Shown here piece by piece: positions 49,598 to 60,391 of a DNA stretch of 64,000 nucleotides. This DNA comes from Somniosus microcephalus (taxonomy: Eukaryota): assembly GCA_052327205.1 (NCBI GenBank), contig CM126233.1:3472001-3536000 (forward strand), in the 5' to 3' direction. Under the pieces are notes generated by a model. The model made no database searches, was not told the DNA's origin, and saw only the letters and a list, made by a program, of their open reading frames with translations. Position 1 is the first letter of the stretch; each line of letters starts with the position of its first letter. Position numbers and translations under genes: made by a program.

Positions 49598-50335
49598 GGC
49601 CCAGAAATTCGGGTCTCCACGGGTGAGTATGCACAGGGTACTCACCCGTAGGCCCAATGGAAGTGCCGGTTTCCTGCATGCACTGCGCATGCACGGGAAA
49701 CCGGCACTTCCGTTCCCCTGAAAGAAGGGGTTCAGAGGTGGAACACGTGCACAGGAGAGGCAGCGCGTGCGCATTGAACTTGCCTTTTTTTGCAGGTTTT
49801 CCCGGGAGGGTAAGTCTCCAGAAGTTAGACATGTAAAAACAGTCGCACGGCCTGCTTTTTATAAGGTAAGTGGTGAATTAATTAAAATTTAAAAAAAACT
49901 TCCACAGGTTTATTATTTTTAAATACTTTAAAGTTTATTTTTAGCCCCCTTAGAAAATATTTTTTTTTTCAAAAATGTAAATTATCGTTTAAATTTGTTA
50001 TTTCATGTAATTTATAGTTTATTTTAAAAATGTGATTAAAAAAAATTTTTTTTTGAATATTTAGTGATGTTTGGGGGCTTATAGTATTTATAGGTTTGAC
50101 AAACTTATGAATGAAGCATTCCCTGCTACCATTGGCTCTCCATGGCCCACGTGATCCCAGGGGCGCATTGAACTAACTGCACCCCTTGGATACGCAAGTA
50201 CTGCGCGCCGGCAGTTGGAGGAGGCCCAGGATCGCAATTCCACACGGGGGCCCACAGCTCAACGGCCGGCGCGCTAGCTAAGTGCAGGTCGGGGGCTTGC
50301 ACCCACGGGAAGCCTCTGACCCGAATTTCTGGGCC
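49598..50335 (+). mobile_element. Harbinger-type MITE
   Basis: TIRs GGCCCAGAAATTCGGGTC / GACCCGAATTTCTGGGCC. Confidence 0.88.
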
Positions 50336-50338
50336 GAT

Positions 50339-52366
50339 GGGCCAGAAATTCCAGGCCAGAGGCGGGAGTGCGGTCGGGTTACTCACGCATCTGGCCGTTG
50401 GAAATGCCGGCGTTCAGCAGGAACAGCGCATGCGGGGAACGCCGGCATTTCCAGACCCGAGGTCTATTCACAGCGCGTGCGACTGCACAGGCAGCGCTTG
50501 CACAGTGAACTTTGTAGATTTCACTGATGGATTCAGTGAGGGTAAGTCCCTAGAACTTGCACTTAAAAAAAGCAAGTGTAAAGTTGTTCATTGGCTGGGG
50601 AAGGAGATATATTTTATGGAGGAGCTTATGAAATGCAATATTTAGGTTTGGGAAAGGGAGGGAAGTTATTTTAAGAAATTTTAACTAAGTTTTAAACTTT
50701 AATTTTTTTTTTAAACGGGTTTTCAGAACGGTAGGTAGAAGGAGCAATTGTGGCTGTGTGAATGGAATGTGAGAATGAGTTATGTATGTATGTCCACATA
50801 TATTCCTTTACGTATATGTATGTATGTTTTATATTCCTTTACTAATGTGTATGAATGTATATTTTTAATTATGATTTTCCAATAAGTTACTTTCTCTGAA
50901 AGTCATAATTAAATAATACATTCATACACATAAGTAAAGGAATATATACATAACACGCAAAGGAATATATACAGACATACATACTTTCAGAAGCTCCACG
51001 ATAAGAAATATCTTCCTCCGCAGCCTCTGGAGCAACTGTACCCATGCTTTTTTCATGTGTAAGTTGTAATGACTGGACCTCACTGAAAGTATTAATGAAA
51101 GCGGCGAATTATACTGCGCACGCGCTGCCTGTGCAGTCGCACGCGTTCTGCCTCTGAACCCCTTCGTTCAGAGGACAGGAAATGCCGGTTTTCCCCACAT
51201 GCACTGTGCATGCTGAAAACCGGCATTTCATCCGGCCAGATGCTTAAGTACCCCGACCGTACTAGCGCATTTGGAAGGGAATTACTGGGCCAACATTTTA
51301 CATGTCAATAAAATAAAAAATTTAACAATTGCACAACTTGCCCCCTCGCATCTGCGACTGAGGGTCCAAGGAGGTGCATTGCGCAAGAGGTCATCATCGT
51401 ACGTACCCTCACACTGTTCCCTTTGGGGAACTGTATGAAGTGGTGGAAGGATTTATGGCCGTGATTAACGCTCATTCCGTGACCGTAACCATCTTTGAAC
51501 CAGCCATTAGGGTGGTTAGTCCTATGGCGGGCGGGTTTTACGGGCTCCCACAACCCATCTGAGGGGGGGGGGGATTGGGCCTTTGTCATAGCGGTAGGAT
51601 CCCCGCCGCTGGGCCAGATCAGGGTAGGGTTTCGAACCCCGCTCCAGACAGTCCCGGCAAGTGGAGTCGGAGCTCCGGCTCTAAATTCTGGGTTGACATC
51701 CAGTGGGATATTTGCGTCCGTGGGTGTGGGTGGCCCCCCCTCCTTGTATAGCTTGTGGGAGCCCGTAAAACCCTCCCGCCATAGGACTAACCGCCCTAAT
51801 GGCTGGTTCAAAGATGGTTACGGTCACGGAATGAGCATTAATCATGGCCATAAATCCTTCCACCACTTCATACAGTTCCCCAAAGGGAACAGTGTGAAGA
51901 CACGTATGACGACGACATTGCTAAATAAATAAATGGAATTAAAAAAATTCTTTTAGGGCTTTTAAAAGTCTTTAAATTGCTTTAATTCTCTTTAAAACTA
52001 CTTCAGATTACTCAAAATAATGTAAACATTTTAAAAAGTTTATGAAAGTTACCAAAATCTTCAAAAAACTTCCAAAAACCTATTTAAACTGCTGCTTTGC
52101 ATGTAAAAATGGTTAGCAGCTTGACAGAAACATTGGGGGCGTGTCCAGTGAAACTGAGACCTCAAGGGGCGTGTCTCACTTGCACTGCACGCTCCTGACT
52201 TCGCGCTGGCTGCACTCCTGGGCGGCGTGACGTCATACGCTGCCCGGGATTCTTCTTCTGGAAACACCAATTCCAGGCGTCCCTGGAGCTGATCGGCAGT
52301 AGCGCGGGGTAAGTGTAAATACGGGGCTTGCACGCGCTGCAAGCCCCGTTCTGGAATTTCTGGGCC
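50339..52366 (+). mobile_element. Composite Harbinger-type unit, copy 2, with intact termini and a partly deleted foldback (51389-51917)
   Basis: GGGCCAGAAATTCC ... GGAATTTCTGGGCC; flanks GAT/AAT. Confidence 0.82.
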
Positions 52367-52373
52367 AATGAGC

Positions 52374-53896
52374 TGTAAAAATCACGCGGAGTTTAAACTA
52401 AGCTGCCAAGCGTGCAAGGGGTTTTCTCTCTCTAGAGATTCGCAGATCGCAGAGGTTACTCTCTCTCAGAGGCCTCGCTCTCTCTCTCTCTCTCTCCCCC
52501 TCTCTTTTGCACAGAAAAACCTTGAGTGGTTCGACCCACTCACCCCTTAGATTCTAGACACTGGACTTAGGTGCAGGAACTACAATGTAGAGAATACTCT
52601 TATAGACCAAGTTTAATGAAAGTAAATGATATTTTATTGCATAAGGAAAAACAAATCAAATGCAAGCAAATAAGAGGGTACATGGGAGGGAAAAACAAAT
52701 CATAACAATACAGTACTAACTAAAATGGATACCGGCATATTATACCTTACAAAGATCATCATAAAATGGGGAAACACACGGAACATCGAGGGACAACAAC
52801 TCATGTTAATTATACCCAAAATGACCACCCCCTTCAACCTATCTAGATCCGATTATGAAGGGCCAAAAACATGCTCACCAATCCAGTTGGAAAAGTATAG
52901 AGTTTTGAAACAGGTCTGTGTTTTGATCCGCTCAGGCGTCCTGTTTCCTCGTGGTCAGTGGAGCCACAGCGGGCTGCGCCACACCTCACTCTCTCTCTCT
53001 CTCTCTCGAGGTGAAGGTCACGGACAGGCTGGACACTGACGGGCCTGGATGTCGGCGGAGATCATCTGCTTGACCACGGTTGGAAGCCCCTAGTCGGCTT
53101 TCATATAGGTTTCTTCAGTATTTTTACTACCTCCCGTTTCGTCAACGGCCCGGGGTTGGTCGATGATCTCCCGATGTTTTACCCCGGGGCGGGACGCCGG
53201 CTCGAACCGTCTTCTTCTCCGAACTCCAGCTGCTATCGAAGGTAACGGCTATTACCGAAGATCCCACAAAGATGATGAAGAAAGGAACCTCTCTCTTCCC
53301 AATATCTAAGATGAAGCCTCCTTTTTTTCGCTACCCCCGGTGTCTCCCAATTATACTTCTCAGCAGAAGCCCTTATCTCGCGCCAAATCAGGTTAGTCTT
53401 TTGTTTTAATTTTGGCAGGCTGGTTGCACAACGGGGTAGTTATTATATTTTAAACTGTTCTTGGATGGCCGGTAACAGGCCATCTCTGGTCTGGAATGAC
53501 CTTCATTGTTTTTAAAGTCTTCTTGATGTCTTTAACGGGTCCTTGATGCATTCTTTATGAATATGGAACTGTTCCCCTTTGTCTGGGTAAACATTTAGAT
53601 GGCCTTTATCTACAGGCCGATCTGACTGGATCTGCATCCAATCTTTATGTATAAGTGTACGTGTCTGGTTTCGTTTCCTCAGAAACGGCTGCCAGAACCT
53701 ACTGTGGCTTGAATCCAGAAAGCTGTCTGAGGACTGCAGGATCCATTTTAAAGTGTCCCAATAAGTTGGTCATGGGGTCTGGTGGCCATTTTGAATGCCC
53801 CTTTTTCCTGGATTTCTTTTAAAACAGTCTTTAAAATCATGGCCTCTTCTGCCATTCGACCCTTATTAATACAATATCAATTTTGCGAATCTTACA
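52374..53896 (-). mobile_element. Solo LTR related to the LTR at 4388-5870
   Basis: TGT..ACA termini; AGC on both flanks; shared blocks GAGTGGTTCGACCCACTC, GGACTTAGGTGCAGG, CATGCTCACCA, TCGATGATCTCCCGA, GGCCATTTTG, GAATCTTACA. Confidence 0.85.
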
Positions 53897-54169
53897 AGCG
53901 GGAACCAAATGCTCACCATTTGAATGTCCATATACTTCCCTGACCATTATTGATCTCTGGTAGATTTACGCTATAACTGGTGCTAAAGAATCAGCTACAA
54001 CTGCAGTGGGATTGCAGCACTGACCGGCCAAATGGGAATGAATTAGGTTATGCTAAACACTGAGCAAGAATCTAGAGAACAGAAACTGTTTGCGCTCAAC
54101 GGACAGCTGATCCTATAACGCATCTTTTGCGCCGTGGCCCGGGTCGAACTTCTAGGTAAATGGCTTCCG

Positions 54170-54655
54170 TCTACCCCATATTTAGTTGGAGAAAATTTCT
54201 GCTCATCCGGATGTCAGACAAGCAGTATGACAATCAGAGACAGAGGTGATGCGGTGGTGAGGTCGAGCTGAGCTGCCGGTATACATGTGGAACCTGATTT
54301 TTTTGTTTACAGATGATGTGGCCAACGGGTGGCGTGTAGTTGAAATGTAGATGAGAAATGGGAGGGTGGCAAGGATAGATCTGTGGGGGACTGCAGAGAT
54401 AATGATGCTGGTGTGGGAAGTGAATCCATTGCAGCTGATTATCTGGCTGCCCTTCGACAGATAAGAATCAAACCAAGCTAGACCAGTTCAACCTGGTTGG
54501 AAGACGGAGGAGAGGCGTTAGAGAAGGATGGTGTGGTCAACTCTGATGAAGACTACAGACAGGCCGAGAATGATGAGGAGGGATGGCTTATCACGGTCAC
54601 AGTCACAAAGAATATCATTTGTGACTTTGACAAGAACTGTCTCAGTATTGTGGCT
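54170..54655 (-). mobile_element. L2-type LINE fragment
   Basis: Similar to 21180-21399 and 26464-26560. Confidence 0.65.
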
Positions 54656-54898
54656 TTTTTTCAGTAATATGTAAAAGAGCATTGGATAAATACTTGAAGT
54701 GAAAGCAATTTAGGGCTCTGCCGAAAAAAGCACTGGAGTGGGAAATATTTAAAATCTCTACCTAAGCACTGGCAGAGGCTTGAGCTGCAGAATGACTTCC
54801 TTCTGTGCTGCAATATTCTATGTTTCGAAGATTGTATGATTGCATGTCGGAGAATATCTCAGCAAAACCCTTAAAGCAACTATTAAATTGCCCGTTAC

Positions 54899-54925
54899 CT
54901 GATTTCCCAACATTCAGCTTTCCGC
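54899..54925 (-). CDS. Putative 27-nt phase-1 micro-exon (GGKLNVGKS)
   Basis: cgtttatattttcag|GCGGAA...AATCAG|gtaacg. Confidence 0.6.
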
Positions 54926-55234
54926 CTGAAAATATAAACGTATTTCTGAAGCATTCTGAAAGAGTTTTATTGCAGATATATCCACAACAGCGACTGGCAT
55001 TTGAATTGCGCCACTTGGGAAGTATATCATCCAAAGCCACTTCACAGGAGGTTTATCAACCAAAATTTGAAACTGAAGCAAATAAGAAGATCTTAGGACA
55101 GGTAACTCACAGCAGGGGCAAAGAGGTAGGTTTAGGGAGTGAAAGGAGGAGAGAGCGATGCAGAGGCTGACAGGGTGATAGAGCGAATTCCAAAGCTGAG
55201 GACATAGGCTGCTGAAGGCACGACCGCCAACAAT

Positions 55235-55998
55235 GGGCCAGAAATTCATGTCGGAGGCTTCGCACGGGCGCAAGCCCTCGACCTGCACTTACCTAGCGCG
55301 CCGGCCGTTGTGCTGTGGGCCCGCGTGTGATTCCGATCCTGGGCCTCCTCCAGCTGCCGGCGCGCAGTGATTGTGTATCCCAGGGGCGCAGTTAGTTCGA
55401 TGCGTCCCCTGGGATCATGTGGGCCATGGAGAGCCAATGATAGCAGGAAATGCTTCATTCATAAGTTTGACAGGAAGAGCTGTCAAATCTATGAATAGAG
55501 ATCGGCGCCAAAACCTAACTAAAACTTCAAATACATTTTTTTTTAAATCACATTTTTAAAATAACTATAAATTACATAAAATAACAATTTAAAAAAATAA
55601 TTAACATTTTTGAAAAAATTAATTACAGTTTTCAACGGGGCTAAAAATAAACTTACCTTTCTTTAAAGTATTTAAAGATAATAAACCTGTGGAAAAAATG
55701 TTTTAATTTTACTTAATTCACCACTTACCTTGTTAAAAGCAGGCCTTGCGATGACTTTTTAAAGGCGCAGCATCTAGAGACTTGCCCTCCCAGAGAAACT
55801 TGTAAAAAAATCAGAAGTTCCAGGCATACGCGCTGCCTCTCCGGTGCACACGTTTGACCCGTAAATCCCTTCCTTCAAGGGAACGGAAGTTCCAGTTTCC
55901 AGTGCATGCGCAGTGCATGCACAAAACTGGCACTTTCATTGGCCCTACGCGTGAGTACACAGTGCGTACTCACCCGTGGGGACCCGAATTTTGGGCCC
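55235..55998 (-). mobile_element. Harbinger-type MITE in reverse orientation, inserted in an L2 3' fragment (about 55020-56340)
   Basis: TIRs GGGCCAGAAATTC / GAATTTTGGGCCC with perfect TSD AAT (55232-55234, 55999-56001). Confidence 0.9.
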
Positions 55999-56483
55999 AA
56001 TGTGACGATGAAAATCGGGGATGCGCAAGACGCCAGATATGGAGGGATGCATGCATAGTGGAGGGTTGTAGGACTGGATGGTTTTACACAGGTAGGGAGG
56101 GGCGAGGCCGTGGAGGGATTGAATACAAGGATGATTTTCCTTTAAAATCAAGGCGTTGCCGGGCTGGGTTCCAATATAGGTCAGCGAGCAGCTGGGTGAT
56201 GGTTGTTTGGGATTTGGTGCGAGTTAGAATCCGGGCAGCAGAGCTTTTGATGAACTCAAATGTACAATGGGTGAAAGATGTGAGTCTGGACAGGACGTAA
56301 TGGAGAAGTCGAGTCCGGTTGTATCAAAGACATGGCTGGTGGTGACGGGGATGTAAAGTGCTTTAGACATCATTCTGCTACTTGCGAGATAGAATTGGGG
56401 AAACAAGACATTTTTAGACTTTAGAATAATTGCAATTCAAAAGAGGAAACACTCACTATTCAGTTCCCTCCCCTTGTGCTGAC

Positions 56484-57487
56484 AGGGATCAGCGCTGGGG
56501 CCTCAAATATTTATAACCTATATTAATGACTTGGATGAAGGGACCGAGTGTACTGTAGCCAAATTTGCTGACGATTCAAAGATAGGTGGGTTAGCAAGTT
56601 GCGAGGATGCAAAGCGATGTAGATAGTTTAAGTGAGTGGAAAAACATTTGGCAAAAGGAGTATAATGTGAGAAAATGTGAGGTTATCCACTTTGGAAGGA
56701 AGAATGAAAAAGCCAATTATTATTTAAATGGAGTGAGAGTACAGAATGCTGCGGTACAGAGGGATCTGGGGGTCCGAGTACATGAAACACAAAAAGTTAG
56801 CATCCAGGCACAGCAAGTAATTGGGAAGGCTAATGGAATGTTGGCCATTATTGCAAGGGGTATGGAGTATAAAAGTAGGGAGGTTTTGATGCAACTTTAC
56901 AGGGCGCTGGTGAGACCGCACCTGGAGTACTGCGTACAGTTTGGTCTCCATATTTAAGGAAGGATATACTTGCATTGGAGGCAGTGCAGAGAATATTCAT
57001 CAGGTTGATTCCTGGGATGAGGGGGTTGATGTATGATGAAAGGTTGAGCAGGTTGGGTCTATAATCATAGGAGTTTAGAAGAATGAGAGGTGACCTTATT
57101 GAAAGATATAACATTCTGCGGGGGATGGACAGGGTGGATGCTGAGAGGATGATTCCCATAGTGGGGTCATCGAGAACTAGGGGCATAGTTTCAGAATAAG
57201 GGGCCGCCCATTGAAGACGGAGATGAGAAGGAATTTCTTCTCTGAGTGTCGTGAATCTTTGGAATTATCTACGCCAGAGAGCTGTGGAGGCTGAGTCAGT
57301 GAATATATTCAAGGAGTAGATTGGCAGACATTTGAACTACATGGGACTCAAGTGGTATAGGGAGAGACTGGGAAAGTGCTGTTGTGGCCAAGATTGTATC
57401 AGCCATGATATTATTGAATGGTGGAGCAGGCTCGAGGGGCCGATTGGCCTACTCCTGCTCCTGTTTCTTATGTTCTTATGTTCTTAG
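56484..57487 (+). mobile_element. CR1 3' fragment
   Basis: Runs from QGSALGP through KFADD to LVRPHLEYCVQF; (TTCTTATG)n tail. Confidence 0.9.
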
Positions 57488-57674
57488 AACATCTAACCCT
57501 ACTTTATATTAATACATTCACTTAGCTTTCCTGTATCTTGTGCTGATAATCAGCATGAGACAGTGCGAACAATTGAACAGCTACATGTTTGAGTAAATGC
57601 CAACATTGTAAACAAAATGCAAGGATTTATCACAAGACTTGAACTTATTCTTGACCAATAATTTCTTTCCTCAC

Positions 57675-57710
57675 CTCTATTTTGCAGTTCTTGCATCAGT
57701 TTTTCATTTT
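57675..57710 (-). CDS. Putative 36-nt phase-1 micro-exon (xNEKLMQELQNR)
   Basis: tttttggttttcctttacag|AAAATG...ATAGAG|gtgagg. Confidence 0.65.
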
Positions 57711-58677
57711 CTGTAAAGGAAAACCAAAAAAATCTTCAACTTCACTGGCTGAATGGAAAACATTTCCTTTGGGACTTCTGGGTCACTCCTTCATTGGGAG
57801 GCGAGATAGCTCAAGAGCAAGAATGGAATACAGGGCTATGCTTATCGGATGGGCTGAATTAAGGTGAGAGAAAGCTTGTGTGGAGCTTATACACAGGCTT
57901 AAACGACATGTGCCGAATGGCTTGCTTCTCTGCTACAAATACATTAAACCAGATTTTGCTGTCATAATTAACGCTGACGTTAATGGTGCTCGCTGTTATC
58001 TGTGTGTAAATGATACTGCAACATCAGGAGAAGGAGAAGGTGCACGGTTAAAATTGAATAGGTAAAATTTGCTGTAATAATGGCCCCTGTCCGCAGTTAG
58101 CTTTGTGAAATCAGCAGCTCTCTGTCTGCCTTGCTATCGGAATGCATCCAATGGTGAGAGCATGCTATTTCTGTGCGATGGATAGAAAGTAAATTCACCG
58201 CAAAAGGTTACATCTGGCCATTTCAAGAATAAGTACCGTTTTAGCGACATATTAAGTGTTAATTTCTAACAACCAACCCCTCCGGCACTGATAATTAAAA
58301 ATTCCACGTGTGGAGTATAATTCATTCAACTATTAATAGTTTTTCCAAATTTTAGAAATTCATCGTTTTATATTTGTACATCTTTATAATTTTCCTTTCT
58401 GTCCGCTTCTCTCTTTCTTAATCTAATAATTCTGGCCCTCTCGTTATATCTACTTATGAACCTGATTTGACATTGAATTCTTCCGCTCTAATCATTTTGA
58501 GCTCTGGGTCTTATTTTCCAATTATTCAGTCTCAATGGTTAAGGTGCTACACTGCTTCTTGCCCTGTCCACTCAGGTACGAAATGCTCTGTTTCTCGCGT
58601 TGTGCCATTATCAGCTCACAGGATTTACAGCTGGACATACAGCAACCAAAACATATTTGACAACAAATAGAATATAT

Positions 58678-58795
58678 TTACTCAGCAAGCAGCAAACAGA
58701 GTCTACTTACTCAGCAAGCAGCAAACAGTGTCTATTTTCTCAGCACACAGCAAACAGAGTCTCTTCACTCAGCAAGCAGCAAACAGAGTCCATTT
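58678..58795 (+). repeat. Minisatellite with ~29-30-bp units (TACTCAGCAAGCAGCAAACAGAGTC..); one more unit follows the CR1 at 63433
   Basis: Four tandem units are visible, and the array resumes directly after the CR1 tail. Confidence 0.85.
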
Positions 58796-59443
58796 ACTAC
58801 AAGAGGCTCCAGAGGCCCAGGTAGGCCCCAGTGCGGCATCGGCAGCGGGTGGAGGCGGAGCTGAGCGGCAGAGCGACTACAAGAGGCTCCAGAGGCCCAG
58901 GTAGGCCTCACCAATCTCCAATCTCAGGGAAGGAGAGAGTTAAAAAGCCATTTAAAAAAACAGCTGAGGCGGAAGTCCAGCTCGTGAGCTTTTTTTCAGA
59001 AGCGGACCTGGTGGGAAGCACCCAGGTGAAAGGTATTTAAGGAGGGTGGTGGCTTAAACCCGAGTTCCTACAGAGTAGGAAACCCCACCCACCCTCCTCC
59101 TCTAACCTAGTAGTCTTTTAGCAGCTGTCTAAAAACAGAGGTCACAAATTTTTTGGTCTCAGTTTCTTTTCAGCAGGGCAGGAACCGGGAGGAGCGGGAA
59201 GTCGGCGTAGGACCAAGGGGACACAAGACCGGGAAGTCAGCGAAAGACCAGGGAGGTAAGACTAACTGGTAAGTACTTTCCTCAAACCTTCCTAGAAAGT
59301 AAAACCAAAACTAGTGGGATTTGGTTAGTTTAAAAAGGAATAAGAGGAGTACAGTATACATTGGTCTAAGTAAGCTTCGGGAAAACAAAAGTCGATAAAT
59401 AAACTAAAACTAGAAAATTAAAAAGTAATATAAGGGTTAAGTC

Positions 59444-60391
59444 ATGGCAGTAGAGCTCGGACCTGTGTCATGCTCCTCCTGTAACATGTGGGAAATCAGG
59501 GACGCTTCCTGTGTCCCTGACGACTATGTGTGCGGGAAGTGTGTCCAGCTGCAGCTCATGTGGGACCGCATGACGGCCCTTGAGCTGCAGATGGACTCAC
59601 TTTGGAGCATCCACGATTCTGAGAGGGGTGTGGATAGCACATTTAGTGAGTTGGTCACACCGCAGGTTAAGGCCAGCGTAGACAGTACATGGGTGACCAA
59701 AAGGCAGAGCAAGGGCAGGAAGGTAGTGCAGAAATCCCCTGGGGTTGTCTCCCTTAGCAACAGGTTCACCGTCTTAGGTACTGTTGTCGGGGGGGGTGAC
59801 GCATCGGGGGAAGGCACCAGCAGCCAGGCTCATGGCACCATGACTGGCTCTGTTGCAAAGAAGGGAGGGAAAAAGAGTGGCAGGGCTATAGTAATAGGGG
59901 ATTCGATTGTAAGGGGAATAGATAGGGGTTTCTGTGGTCGCGACCGAGACTCCAGGATGGTATGTTGCCTCCCTGGTGCAAGGGTCAAGGATGTCTCGGC
60001 GCGGGTACAGAACATTCTGGAGGGGGAGGGGGAACAGCCAGTTGTCGTGATACATGTTGGTACCAACGACGTAGCTAAAAAAAGGGAAGAGGTCCTACAA
60101 GTAGAATTTAGGGAGTTAGGAGCCAAGCTAAAAAGTAGGACCTCGAAGGTAGTAATCTCTGGATTACTACCAGTGCCACGTGCTAGTAAGAGTACAGAGA
60201 ACAGGATAGTTAGGCTAAATACGTGGCTTGAGCAGTGGTGTAAGAGGGAGGGTTTTAAATTTTTGAGGCATTGGAACCAGTTTTGTGGTAGGTGTGACCT
60301 ATACAAAAGGGACGGTCTACACCTGTGCAGAGATGGAACTGATGTTCTCGGGGTAATTTTTGATAAAGCAGTTCGGGAGCATTTAAACTAG
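59444..60391 (+). CDS. CR1 ORF1p: CxxC..CxxC zinc finger/leucine zipper and SGNH esterase domain
   Basis: CSSC..CGKC; IGDS, PGA, HVGTND, DGLHL motifs. Confidence 0.92.
   Translation: MAVELGPVSCSSCNMWEIRDASCVPDDYVCGKCVQLQLMWDRMTALELQMDSLWSIHDSERGVDSTFSELVTPQVKASVDSTWVTKRQSKGRKVVQKSPGVVSLSNRFTVLGTVVGGGDASGEGTSSQAHGTMTGSVAKKGGKKSGRAIVIGDSIVRGIDRGFCGRDRDSRMVCCLPGARVKDVSARVQNILEGEGEQPVVVIHVGTNDVAKKREEVLQVEFRELGAKLKSRTSKVVISGLLPVPRASKSTENRIVRLNTWLEQWCKREGFKFLRHWNQFCGRCDLYKRDGLHLCRDGTDVLGVIFDKAVREHLN

Noticed and set aside
56457-57542. Two short cag|CACAAG..|gtga segments (22 nt at 56457-56478, 21 nt at 57522-57542)
   Set aside because: Weak splice sites and one is not a multiple of 3; kept only as possible decayed exons
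58678-58795. Repeats of about 30 bp resembling a CRISPR array
   Set aside because: Contiguous tandem units with no unique spacers, no cas genes, eukaryotic context
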